From Octopus sinensis (taxonomy: Eukaryota), in assembly GCF_006345805.1 (NCBI RefSeq), contig NW_021836251.1:1-24954 (forward strand): DNA of 24,954 bases, given 5' to 3'. The notes under the pieces were generated by a model that made no database searches, was not told where the DNA came from, and worked only from the letters and a program-made list of their open reading frames with translations. Made by a program: the position numbers and the translations under genes. This document shows, piece by piece, positions 9,521-18,833 of the stretch; the stretch's first letter is position 1, and each line of letters begins with the position of its first letter.

Positions 9521-9727
9521 TAACTCTTTCTACTCTTAGCACAAGGCCTGAAATTTGGTGAAGTGGGCCTAGTCGATTACAGCTCAAGTGGTGCTTATTT
9601 TATTGACCTGAAAAGATGAAAGGTAAAGTCGATCCTGGTGACATTTGAATCCAGAACGTAAGGAACCGGAAGATATACCGCAAGGCATTTCGCCCGGCTC
9701 GGTAATGATTCTGCCAGCTTGCCGCCT
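9521..9727 (-). mobile_element. tRNA-derived SINE (family C), near full length
   Basis: Minus-strand head aggcggcaagctggcagaatcattaccgagccgggcgaaatg, B-box-like ttctggattcaaatg, central cctttcatcttttcaggtcaataaa, tail gtgctaagagtagaaag. Confidence 0.85.
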
Positions 9728-9939
9728 CACTTTGGTATTAATAACAAATTTGGGCGTCAGTACATTATAAACCAAACATTTTCAAAATTAAAAAAATTAA
9801 ATGTTAAAATACAATCAAATTTCACAGCTTAGTCTTATGGTATCTTCGCCAATGATGATATACAGGTTTACTCACCGCTTTCCCCACGTCTCAAGCTTCT
9901 AAACATTCCCTGTAGCATAATTTTGCTCACCACCTCCTC

Positions 9940-9998
9940 CTCTTATTGCTCTATCGCTCTCCCCCAAGAGATGGTACGGTCTTTTTTGAGAAACACTG
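9940..9998. mobile_element. Orphan hAT-type terminus
   Basis: TTTGAGAAACACTG (9985-9998) is the same TIR type as 6499-6513; no partner TIR found. Confidence 0.4.
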
Positions 9999-10034
9999 CC
10001 AAAAATTATTATCTTTTTTTTTAAATCAGTATAC

Positions 10035-10175
10035 AGGCGTAGGAGTGGCTGTGCGGTAAGTAGCTTGCTTACCAACCACATGGTTCCGGGGTTCAGTCCC
10101 ACCACGTGGTATCTTGGGCAAGTGTCTTCTACTATAGCCTCGGGCCGACCAAAGCTTTGTGAGTGGAAGCCCGTC

Positions 10176-10215
<40 letters not shown>

Positions 10216-10440
10216 GTATATATGCGTGTGTGTATGTTTGTATGTCTGTGTTTGTCCCCCCAACATCGCTTGACAACCGATGCTGGTATATTTACGTCCT
10301 CGTAACTTAGCGGTTCGGCAAAATACACCGATAGAATAAATACTAGACTTACAAAGAATAAGTCCCGGGGTCGATTTGCTCGACTAAAAGCGGTGCTCCA
10401 GCATGGCCACAGCCAAATGACTGAAACAAGTAAAAGAGAG
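10035..10440 (+). mobile_element. tRNA-derived CORE-type SINE (family A), near full length
   Basis: A box TGGCTGTGCGG, B-box-like GGTTCAGTCCC, CORE-like tcttgggcaagtgtctt, central (TA)n/(TG)n, tail ctccagcatggccacagccaaatgactgaaacaagtaaaagag. A short deletion at gagtgg|aagcccg relative to the other copies. Confidence 0.92.
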
Positions 10441-10954
10441 TAAATTTTTATAGATCAGTAATCGGTGACTGAATCGAGTACTTCGTAGTTATAAAACAGT
10501 CTAAGTGTTTTCTTTTGTCAGGAGCTGAGAAAAACAAAACTTATCTGATCATGACTTTGTCCTTGAAATGGCACCCCCTTTCTGAAAAATCTAGGTCCTT
10601 TGCTCCAGCCCTAATTACGTGGTGTTGGCTTGTGCGCCACAGTGACTGCCAGGGTGACGTCAGTAGAGGGCAAGCTTCCTCGTAAGGCTTCTCATGCCGG
10701 ACGAGTCAAATGATAGGGGACAGATATTAATATAGACTACCTCTTTCCAGAGGTACAAATGGATTTACTTAGGACCTAGAAGAAAGCAGAGAATCCCTGC
10801 CTAGAAGAAAGCAGAGTTACAGAAATGTTTGACGATGGTTCGAAACCCACAAGGTCTATGGCATCATCGATGATGGTGTCGTTTGGAACCAAACAAAGAA
10901 GATTAGCGCTAGAATAGTGTTGAGGACGTGATGATGGATATTCATTAATTATGT

Positions 10955-11516
10955 GACAATGATGAAGATGACGACGACGACGACGATGCTGATGATGACG
11001 ACGAAAACGACGACGATCATAATAATTATGATGATGACGAAAAGGACGATGATGATTATAATGATGATGATGATGATGATGATGATGTTGATGTTGTTGT
11101 GGTGGTTGTGATGGTGGTGGTGGTGGTGGTGACGACGATGATGATGACGATGACGATGATGGTGACGGCGATGATGATGTAGTTTTGGTGGCAGTGGTAA
11201 TACGACGACGATGATGCTGATGACGACGACGACGACGACGACGACGACAACAATGATGATGATGCTGTGGTGGCGGTGATGGTGGGGAAAACGATGACGG
11301 AAGCAACGGTGGCGGTGACTGTAGCGGTGGCGGTGGTGACGACGACGACGATTATAGAGATAATGATGGTGATGCAATAATGTTGGTTATATTCTAACCA
11401 ACAATCTCAGTCATCAACGCCATCGTCGTCGCCATCATCCTCACTACATCACCACCACCATTATCTTTGTCATATCATTTTCATCATCAACAACAATGTC
11501 ATCACCGTCGTCGTCG

Positions 11517-11550
<34 letters not shown>

Positions 11551-11820
11551 TATGAGCGTCATGGTCGTTGTCATCATCGCTCTCGACCTACTCCTACAAC
11601 ACCTCCACCTCCTCCTCCACCTCCTCCTCCTCCTGCTAACTACTACTACTACTACTTACTACTACTACTACTACTCGTCCTCCTACTCCGATTCTTCATC
11701 ATCACCAGAGGAAGACCAACAACAGCAATATTAGTGATAATGCAATGCTAACAGCAACAACAACAGCAACAACAGCAATAGCAGCAGTAGCAGCAGCAGC
11801 AGCAGTAGCAGCAACCCCAA
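10955..11820. repeat. Large compound trinucleotide array: (GAT/GAC/GGT)n switching to (CAT/CGT/CAC)n, then (CCT), (CTA), (CAA/CAG)
   Basis: Read directly; strand polarity flips at about 11390. Confidence 0.95.
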
Positions 11821-12339
11821 CAAGTACGTAATGAGGGAGAATAAGAAAAGAAAGTAGATATAGAAGAGTTTGCAATTGAACTGTAAGAAAGACACGCATG
11901 GTCGACTCCTTTCAAGATGGAGATGAATGAGAATTGAAATGAGTTGAAAAGAAGGTTCCAGAAAATTTCTTAGACGACAAAACAACAATCAAGAAAAAAA
12001 CAAAAATACAAACAATGATAGGGCACTGAGGATAAAGAGATTAGAAGTAGGAGTTAAAAGAGGGAGATTGAATGAGCGAAGGAGAAAGACGGCAGAAGAG
12101 AGCGAGAGAGAGAGGGGGGGAAATGGAGAGAAAGGAGTGGAAGTGAGAGTGTGAATGAGAGAAGGAAAGAATGGCAGAAAGGTTGCGAACAAATGCTTTT
12201 CTAATGTTGCACTCTATGTGTGTATATGAGTGTGAGCGGTGTGTGGGTATACATATATGTGTTTATACTTAGGTATGATATATATACATGCATGCCTGCT
12301 TACATACATATGAATTGTATATCTACATATACATATGTA

Positions 12340-12344
12340 TACAT

Positions 12345-12436
<92 letters not shown>
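12340..12436. repeat. (TA)n microsatellite
   Basis: Read directly. Confidence 0.97.
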
Positions 12437-12438
<2 letters not shown>

Positions 12439-12481
12439 GATAAATATCAAAGTGAGTTATATACAGTAGCGGTAACACATC

Positions 12482-12795
12482 GTGACGTATATTTGCCATC
12501 TCAATATGGCTACCCCTAAGGGTGGATGCTACTGTAGTTTTTAGCCCCAGGAGGACACACTCCTCCCTCGCCGACAACTATGATTGTCACACGCTGACGA
12601 GAGGTCAATACCTCGAAACTCGAGTCCGGTGTATCATAAGTTGAAGACGGGAAGGATGACTTCCCTTTGCAAATACTGACAGAGGACCATAAAGTGTGTC
12701 TATGGCCAGCTGGAGGAGTGTGTCCTCCTGGGGCTAAAAATACAGTAGCATCCACCCTTAGGGGTAGCCATATTGAGATGGCAAATATACGTCAC
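12482..12795 (+). mobile_element. Fold-back element: 85/84-bp inverted arms around a hammerhead-containing spacer (Penelope-like pLTR derivative or HHR-carrying MITE)
   Basis: 12482-12566 equals the reverse complement of 12712-12795 except one G indel. Right end runs into (TA)n. HHR in the 145-bp spacer. Confidence 0.85.
12575..12643 (+). ncRNA. Type I hammerhead ribozyme, canonical core
   Basis: CTGACGA (12594-12600), stem II GAGGT/ACCTC, GAAA (12615-12618), stem III AC-TCGA-GT (palindromic), GUC triplet with predicted cleavage after 12626. Stem I: ACACG/CG(G)TGT plus distal CAACTATGAT/ATCATA(A)GTTG, with a TGTC bulge. Confidence 0.88.
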
Positions 12796-12935
12796 TATAT
12801 ATATATATATATATCTATATATATATATATATATTATATATATATATACATATATACATATATATATACATATATATTATATATATATATATTATATATA
12901 TATGTATATATATACATATATATATATATAATATA

Positions 12936-12966
<31 letters not shown>

Positions 12967-12989
12967 GGATTAACATATATGTATATATG

Positions 12990-13049
<60 letters not shown>

Positions 13050-13120
13050 AGAATAATGTATACATATATATATATACATATTATATATAATAATATATAT
13101 GTATATATTTGTATATATAC

Positions 13121-13153
<33 letters not shown>

Positions 13154-13224
13154 TATAATATATATATCATATATATATATATATATATATGTATGTATAT
13201 ATATATCATACATATATATATATG

Positions 13225-13286
<62 letters not shown>

Positions 13287-13311
13287 TATATTATATATAT
13301 ATTATATATAT
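12796..13311. repeat. ~0.5-kb degenerate (TA)n array
   Basis: Read directly; almost entirely A/T with scattered TG/CA variants. Confidence 0.97.
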
Positions 13312-13312
13312 A

Positions 13313-13512
13313 CTTTATTTAAAGCAGCAGAAAATTCAACAAAACCTGTTACTCTGAGTTCCCGTTGCCGTTCATCGGACAGTTTTTGCTAGAATCTATC
13401 AAAAACTGTCCGATGAAAGGCAACGGGAACTTTAAATAAAGCATATTACTCTACCACTGGTATTTGAGTACTCTCTTTTCCACCTTGTTTCACATTTATG
13501 TGTTTACTCCGG
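13313..13512. mobile_element. Head-to-head inverted pair of family B terminal repeats (Penelope-like), both 3' ends on (TA)n
   Basis: 13357-13388 versus 13400-13431 is a 31/32 inverted match. Both copies continue into TTTAAATAAAG. The plus copy lacks ~33 nt (CAGAGTAAC…GCTGC). Confidence 0.75.
13346..13382 (-). ncRNA. Variant minimal type I hammerhead motif (U4>C; damaged GAAA/stem II junction)
   Basis: Minus strand CTGT|CCGATGA|ACG-GCAA-CGG|GAA|CTC-A-GAG-T-A|ACAG: perfect 4-bp stem I, GNRA loop, same layout as 4304-4341. Confidence 0.55.
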
Positions 13513-13741
13513 TATATATATTTATATATATTTATATATATGGAGTGGGAGTGTAAAGCCGGTTAGCTGGTTAGTTAAAAATGTAAATATTGTCTTACTT
13601 TCTTCCATGATAAAGTTCTCAAAGCATTTTATTTTTATTTTGAAACTTCAGATTTTTCAATATGCTAGACCACTGGTTTCAAATTGATATTAATCAAATT
13701 AATATTCAATTTTTCAGCCTTATTATTTTTAATTTATATAT

Positions 13742-13886
13742 TTGTGTGTGTGTGTGTGTGTGTGTGCGTGTGTGTGTGTGTGTATTTCTGTGTGTGTGTA
13801 TGCATATATGTATTTATTTATTTGTATATATTTATTTATATATGTATGTGTGTGTATTGACATACATATATTTGTGCGTATGTGTG

Positions 13887-13935
<49 letters not shown>

Positions 13936-13956
13936 TGTGTGTGTGGTGTGTGTGTG
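13742..13956. repeat. (TG)n-rich microsatellite
   Basis: Read directly. Confidence 0.95.
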
Positions 13957-14110
13957 ATATCAGTAAGTCATTGATATATGATGAACTGCAAATAAATTGT
14001 CACAATTATCGGGGAGAAAAAAAAAACAAAAACAAAAAATATTGATTTCTAATATTGGCGCTTCGTCACAAACAGAAGGGTTGTTGTATATTAGACGTAA
14101 TCGATCACAG

Positions 14111-14145
<35 letters not shown>

Positions 14146-14399
14146 GCTGGCTACTTACTTTATTGATTCCAGCGCATGAATGAATGACAAAGTCGATCTC
14201 GTAAGGACCCTTGCTCACGACAAGGGACATAACTAAATAGTCCATACGGTTCTATTGTTTCCACCAGCCATAGATATCCGAATATGGATTTTTTGCATAT
14301 TGGTTGGTGGCCATAAGGCTACACATATATGTAGAATGGGTGCATTTCATTGAATTGCACCCCATCACGGCTGATTAGTGTATGCTTGCAACTTTTTTT

Positions 14400-14460
14400 C
14401 ATTGATTTCCAATGAATGAAAGACAAGAGTTAACTCCAACAGGATCAGAACGTAGAACAT
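14400..14460 (-). mobile_element. Old family C SINE remnant (another at about 14150-14200)
   Basis: attgatttccaatgaatgaaagacaagagttaactc…tcagaacgta resembles the family C centre; highly diverged. Confidence 0.45.
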
Positions 14461-14661
14461 CAGGGTGAACCGACAGGTCGGCAAATTTTCCAGTTCACTG
14501 TTGATAAATTATATGAAAACTAACAGACAATGCCTACTGGTGGGTTGAATTCTCCTAGTGTGTGTGGTGTGTATACAAACAAACACACACATATGTGTGT
14601 GTTTGTATAGATACACACACGTGTGTATATACATATATACATATATATATATATACATATA

Positions 14662-14706
<45 letters not shown>

Positions 14707-14739
14707 AATCCAAACATGAACAAAGATATATATATATAT

Positions 14740-14920
14740 ATTTTTTTTTTTTTCTCTCCTTGTTTTTCTCTCCTTGTTTTTTTTTCTGTATCCCTTTCTG
14801 CAGAAGAGCGTAGGGTCGAAACGTAAAAGACTTTTTCTATTCCTGAGCATTATACTAATACATCTGTTTGTTTTGTACACCACCTGTCTTCGTCTTTTGT
14901 TTTTTTCGTAAACTCTCCCT
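14740..14920 (+). mobile_element. Penelope-like terminal fragment with degenerate minimal HHR, 3' end on (TA)n
   Basis: CTTT|CTGCAGA|A|GAGC-GTAG-GGTC|GAAA|CGTA|AAAG at 14794-14829, followed by ~90 nt and then (TA)n. Confidence 0.55.
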
Positions 14921-14922
14921 AC

Positions 14923-14987
<65 letters not shown>

Positions 14988-14988
14988 A

Positions 14989-15233
14989 GGAATAAAAAAT
15001 TATATATAAAGAACGTGAAATACACGAGGGACGAACACGGAAAACAGACAAGTCATTCGAAGCCTTCAATCTTCAATCAGAAACCGAATCATCATGGCAA
15101 ATTTCGGCCGATTAATTCTGATATTTGCTCCAACTCGGCCAGCCCAAGGAAAAAACTAAGCTGTGGCCATTAGATTTCTTGGTAGAAGGAAAGAATGTAA
15201 ACGCAACAGAGACGAATATAAATACAAGAAACG
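14989..15233 (-). mobile_element. Family X repeat copy
   Basis: Aligns with 3090-3300 (gtcattcgaagccttcaatcttca…aatttcggc.ga…ctccaa…ggccagc…aaggaaaaaactaagc). Confidence 0.75.
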
Positions 15234-15237
15234 ATAT

Positions 15238-15254
15238 AATATATATATATATTA

Positions 15255-15285
<31 letters not shown>

Positions 15286-15375
15286 CATACATGCATGCAT
15301 ACATACATACATACATACATACATACATACATACATACATACATACATACATACATACATACATACATACACACA
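15238..15375. repeat. (TA)n-(TACA)n microsatellite
   Basis: Read directly. Confidence 0.95.
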
Positions 15376-15413
15376 TTCAGGTTTAAATACACACACAGAT
15401 GCACACATTTCTA

Positions 15414-16669
15414 TTAGGCTGTCCCGAAAATAATGGCCGCTCTAAGTGTTTTGTTTTGAAATGCAATTTTTTCAAAGTATTTTAATTATATTTTCGGTGA
15501 ATTTCGACATACTTAATGATTGATGTATGCTCTTTAATAATTTTCTACATATTTCAGACAGAAAACATTCTTGAAGCATAGGTGTCCTTAATCATGAACA
15601 TGAAAAAAAGGACCTTCGCTTACTTTTCTTGCATGAGTTCAAGCTTGGGCATAATGCCTTCCAAACTGCTGCCAATATCTACAGAGCATGGGGAGAGGGT
15701 CCACAAGTGATCGCACAGTACGAAGGTGGTTTCAGAAATTCTGTAGTGATAATGAGATCCTAGAAGATGCAGAAAGTAGAGGACGGTCATGCAGTCTTGA
15801 CAATGAATAATTGAAAGCAATCGTTGAACAAAACCCACGTCAAAGTGTCAGAGAAATGTCTCAGGCACTTGATGTTGGTATTGCAACGGTCTCACGCAAT
15901 CTGTAGATTTGTAAGGTGAAAAATTTCGATAAATGGGTACCGCAAGAGCTCAATGAAAATCAAAATGTTCGGCTCTTTCTGTGGAACACTAATGATCCTT
16001 TTCTTGACCGAATAGTCACTTGTGCTGAAAAGCAGATCCTTTATGATAACTGTAAACGATTAGGTCAATGGCTTGATCATGATGAGTCCCACAAACATTT
16101 CCCAAAGCCAAAGTTGCATCAGCAAAATATTATGGTGACTGTCTGGTGGTCTGCAATTGGTGTTGTCCATTACAGCTTTCTGGAAGCCAATCAGAGCATT
16201 ACAGCAGAGGTTTACTGCAATCAACTCGCCGAAATGCATGGTCACTTGCAAAAATTGAGACCTGCATTGGTGAATCGGATTGGCCCAATTCTGCTCCACG
16301 ATAATGCAAAGCTACATGTTGCAATAATAACGCTGCAGAAACTCACAGACTTGGGATACGAGACTTTACCATATCCTTCATACTCTCCCGATCTTTCACT
16401 CGCTGACTACCATTTTTTAAAGCATCTAAACACGTTTTTAAGTGATAAAACTTTCAGGTCCAAACCAGAGATGGAATCAGCTTTTAAAGATTTCTTAGCA
16501 CCAAAGCCAATAAGTTTTTACCAGCAAGTCATAAATAATCTCGTTGATTGATGGCAGAGACGCATAAATATTCACGGTTCATACTTTGACTAATCAAACT
16601 ATTTCTATTATTAATTTTTCCAGAATAAAATAGTTTCTGAAATTGGCCATTATCTTCGGAACAACCTAA
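15414..16669 (+). mobile_element. Near-full-length mariner (DD34D, Hsmar1/cecropia-like), 1256 bp
   Basis: TA duplications at 15412-13 and 16670-71. TIRs TTAGGCTGTCCCGAAAATAATGGCC / GGCCATTATCTTCGGAACAACCTAA (3 mismatches in 25). Confidence 0.95.
15594..16593 (+). pseudogene. Mariner transposase pseudogene
   Basis: WVPQEL, HDNA…YSPDLSLAD (34 residues between the Ds). First catalytic D mutated (IVTCAEK). Frameshifts near 15605 and 15700, stops near 15810, 15905 and 16550. ORF-track 15916-16551 is the surviving open stretch. Confidence 0.93.
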
Positions 16670-16693
16670 TATATTACACATGAAAATTATAAC

Positions 16694-16696
<3 letters not shown>

Positions 16697-16734
<38 letters not shown>

Positions 16735-16885
16735 ATATATATATCAATACATACACACACATACATACATACATACATACATACATACACATACATACAT
16801 ACATACATACATACATACATACATACATACATACATACATACGTACATACATACATACGTATATACACACACACACACATCATCA
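16697..16885. repeat. (TA)n-(TACA)n-(CA)n microsatellite
   Basis: Read directly. Confidence 0.95.
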
Positions 16886-16892
16886 TTATCAT

Positions 16893-16940
16893 CTTCTCTT
16901 TGACTCGTTTCAGATGGAGCCATGCTGGAGTACCGCCTTT
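16893..16940 (-). mobile_element. Family A SINE extreme 3' fragment
   Basis: gtttcag…gccatgctggagtaccgccttt matches the tail of the copies at 20005 and 22908. Confidence 0.55.
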
Positions 16941-16974
16941 CGCTGTGTTTTGTTTTCCTTTCTGTACTACTTTT

Positions 16975-18485
16975 GCTGAAATAGCGAGTTGGACGGAGCC
17001 GCTCTTCTTTGTACCTCCTACCGCATTGTGGGTTCATCTGGTATCTCAGACAAAAATTTGAGCAGACGCTCGTTGAAGACCATCGCATCTACACCTCGTG
17101 AATCTCTGAGGTTGTTTGGCAGGATGTTGAACAGCTGTGGACTCCTGAAACCCAAGCTGTTACAGTATTGTGTCTTTATTTGAGATGGAGAAGATAGAGT
17201 CTTTGGTACTTTGCAGTTCATTGGCAGGAATAGCATTCGATTCGAAAGCTGGGAGCTAGATCTTCTAGAGTCTTCCGTATCTATATTACTACATATCTTG
17301 CACGCATTTTTTCTTAAGGAGTAGAGCTTCAGTTCTTTTAGCCTCTTCACTAGATCACTTGCTCCACCAAGTCAATCTTTTTGTAGTGGTGTTGGATTGT
17401 GTCAAACTCTTCCACTAGTTTAATACACTGCAGTGACCACAATTGGGATCAGTAATCCAGACGACTGAGAACGAAATTTCTGCATAGAAGAAGTATGGTA
17501 TCTTTTTTTCTGGTTTTGAATGATCTAAGCTATTGCCTGCACATTGTTGCCATCTTGGTAATATGCACATGGAATATTGCATCATTAATTATGTGAATTC
17601 CGAGGTCACACACAGACTCTGACTCTGGTCTTGTGTATTCAGATTGTAGTCTGTTTGTGGGCCGATAGTGGAGTGCTTGAATCTTATCAACATTGAACTG
17701 CATGTTATTTTTATCAGCCAATTTATATAATGCTTGCAGGTCGTTTTGCAGCTTTTATATGTCATAAGGGTCCTTGACCGCCTGTGATAATTTTGTATGA
17801 TCAACATACATGGTGCGAGTGGCGGACTGTATGGCTGACGGCACATCAGAGAAAGCCGTCACAGGCAGTATTGGTCCAAGTGAACTTCCTTGAGTTCCAC
17901 TGCGGGTTGATGTCTCCTCAGATAGAATGCCATTGAGTACAACTATATGGCTCCTATATTTAAAAAAATCCTGCAGCTACTCTCCTAGTTTTCCAGTGAA
18001 GCCAAGATCACGGCAGCTTGTATCTTATTATCTCATGATAAAGCTTGTCAAAGACATTGGTAAAGTCGAGTTACATCTCATCAACATTTGAGTGGTTGAG
18101 CTGTTGTTTCAGTAACCAGTTGTAATGCTGTAGTAGTTGTGTGATGCAGCTCCTCCCCGGGCGGACGCCATGCTTTGCATTAGTGAGCAAGTTATTTTCT
18201 TCCAAGAATGTGGTCAGTCTCCTTCTGACAACACGTTCCATGACCTTGCTAACATGGGAAGTCAGAGAGATAGGCCTGTAACTCTTAGCATCTGCTCTGC
18301 TTCCTCCTTTATGACAGGGCATATGATAACGTCTTTTAACTGTTTGGGAAGTTTATTGCATGCAATAAAACTCTGAAAAACCATCTGCAGCGGTTTTACG
18401 AAGGTTTTCTTGCAAATCTTTAAAAGAACAGCTGGGAATCCATCCAGGTTCTTTGGTGAGTTCGACCAGTGCATATAAATTGCCA
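16975..18485 (-). mobile_element. 5'-truncated non-LTR retrotransposon, CR1/L2 group, decayed RT and C-terminus
   Basis: DGFPAVLLK…CPxxKGGSRADAKSYRPISLTSHVSKVMERVV…HGVRPGRSC…SGTQGSSLGP…YVDHTK (YADD site, 17797-17808)…LFNILPNNLRD…FLSEIPDEP. Many stops and frameshifts. Exact clade not resolvable by eye. Confidence 0.92.
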
Positions 18486-18561
18486 CACATATTTACCTTT
18501 ACATTGTAAATTATCCTACAAAATATATTTACGAAAATATGCTATAAAGGGTTTTAATCAC

Positions 18562-18833
18562 GGGCATATGGCGTAGTGGTTAAGAACGCGGGCTACTAAC
18601 TCCAAGATTCCGAGTTCGATTCCAGGCAGTGACCTTAATGATAATAATAATAATAATAATAATAACAACAACAACCACAACAACATCGAAAAATACCTTA
18701 GGAATGAGAATCCAGGTTCGAAATTTCCCCCAAGACACCTGATGGAGGCCGGAGGGTATATCAGCCGAAACGTTGTATTAACAGCAAACAAGATGAGGAC
18801 AAATATCCGTCAAATGTAAATAATGTAAATAAT
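18562..18833 (+). mobile_element. tRNA-derived SINE (family E) with internal (TAA/CAA)n and hammerhead-like 3' region
   Basis: A box TGGCGTAGTGG, B box GAGTTCGATTCC, tRNA-like spacing, tail ending (AATGTAAAT)x2. HHR-like motif at 18734-18779. Confidence 0.85.

Noticed and set aside
10522-10682. Plus-strand exon after GTGTTTTCTTTTGTCAG
   Set aside because: Good acceptor but weak donor context; the one open frame has no recognisable homology.
10827-10865. Hammerhead-like TTGACGA…GAAACC-CACAA-GGTC
   Set aside because: Stem III and GUC look right, but stem II cannot form (TGGTTC), C3 is lost and stem I does not pair; treated as chance.
10955-11200. Asp-rich plus-strand frame (DNDEDDDD…) resembling acidic biomineral proteins, and the His/Ser/Arg-rich minus-strand ORFs
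   Set aside because: No start codon, acceptor or signal peptide; frame drifts between repeat blocks; simple trinucleotide array is sufficient explanation.
15916-16551. 211-aa ORF as an intact or domesticated (SETMAR-like) transposase
   Set aside because: It lies within a TIR/TA-bounded mariner with upstream frameshifts and stops, and the first catalytic D is mutated to A.
18562-18634. tRNA gene (also considered at 8475 and 10035)
   Set aside because: A and B boxes are present but the acceptor stem does not pair and the sequence continues into a SINE body.
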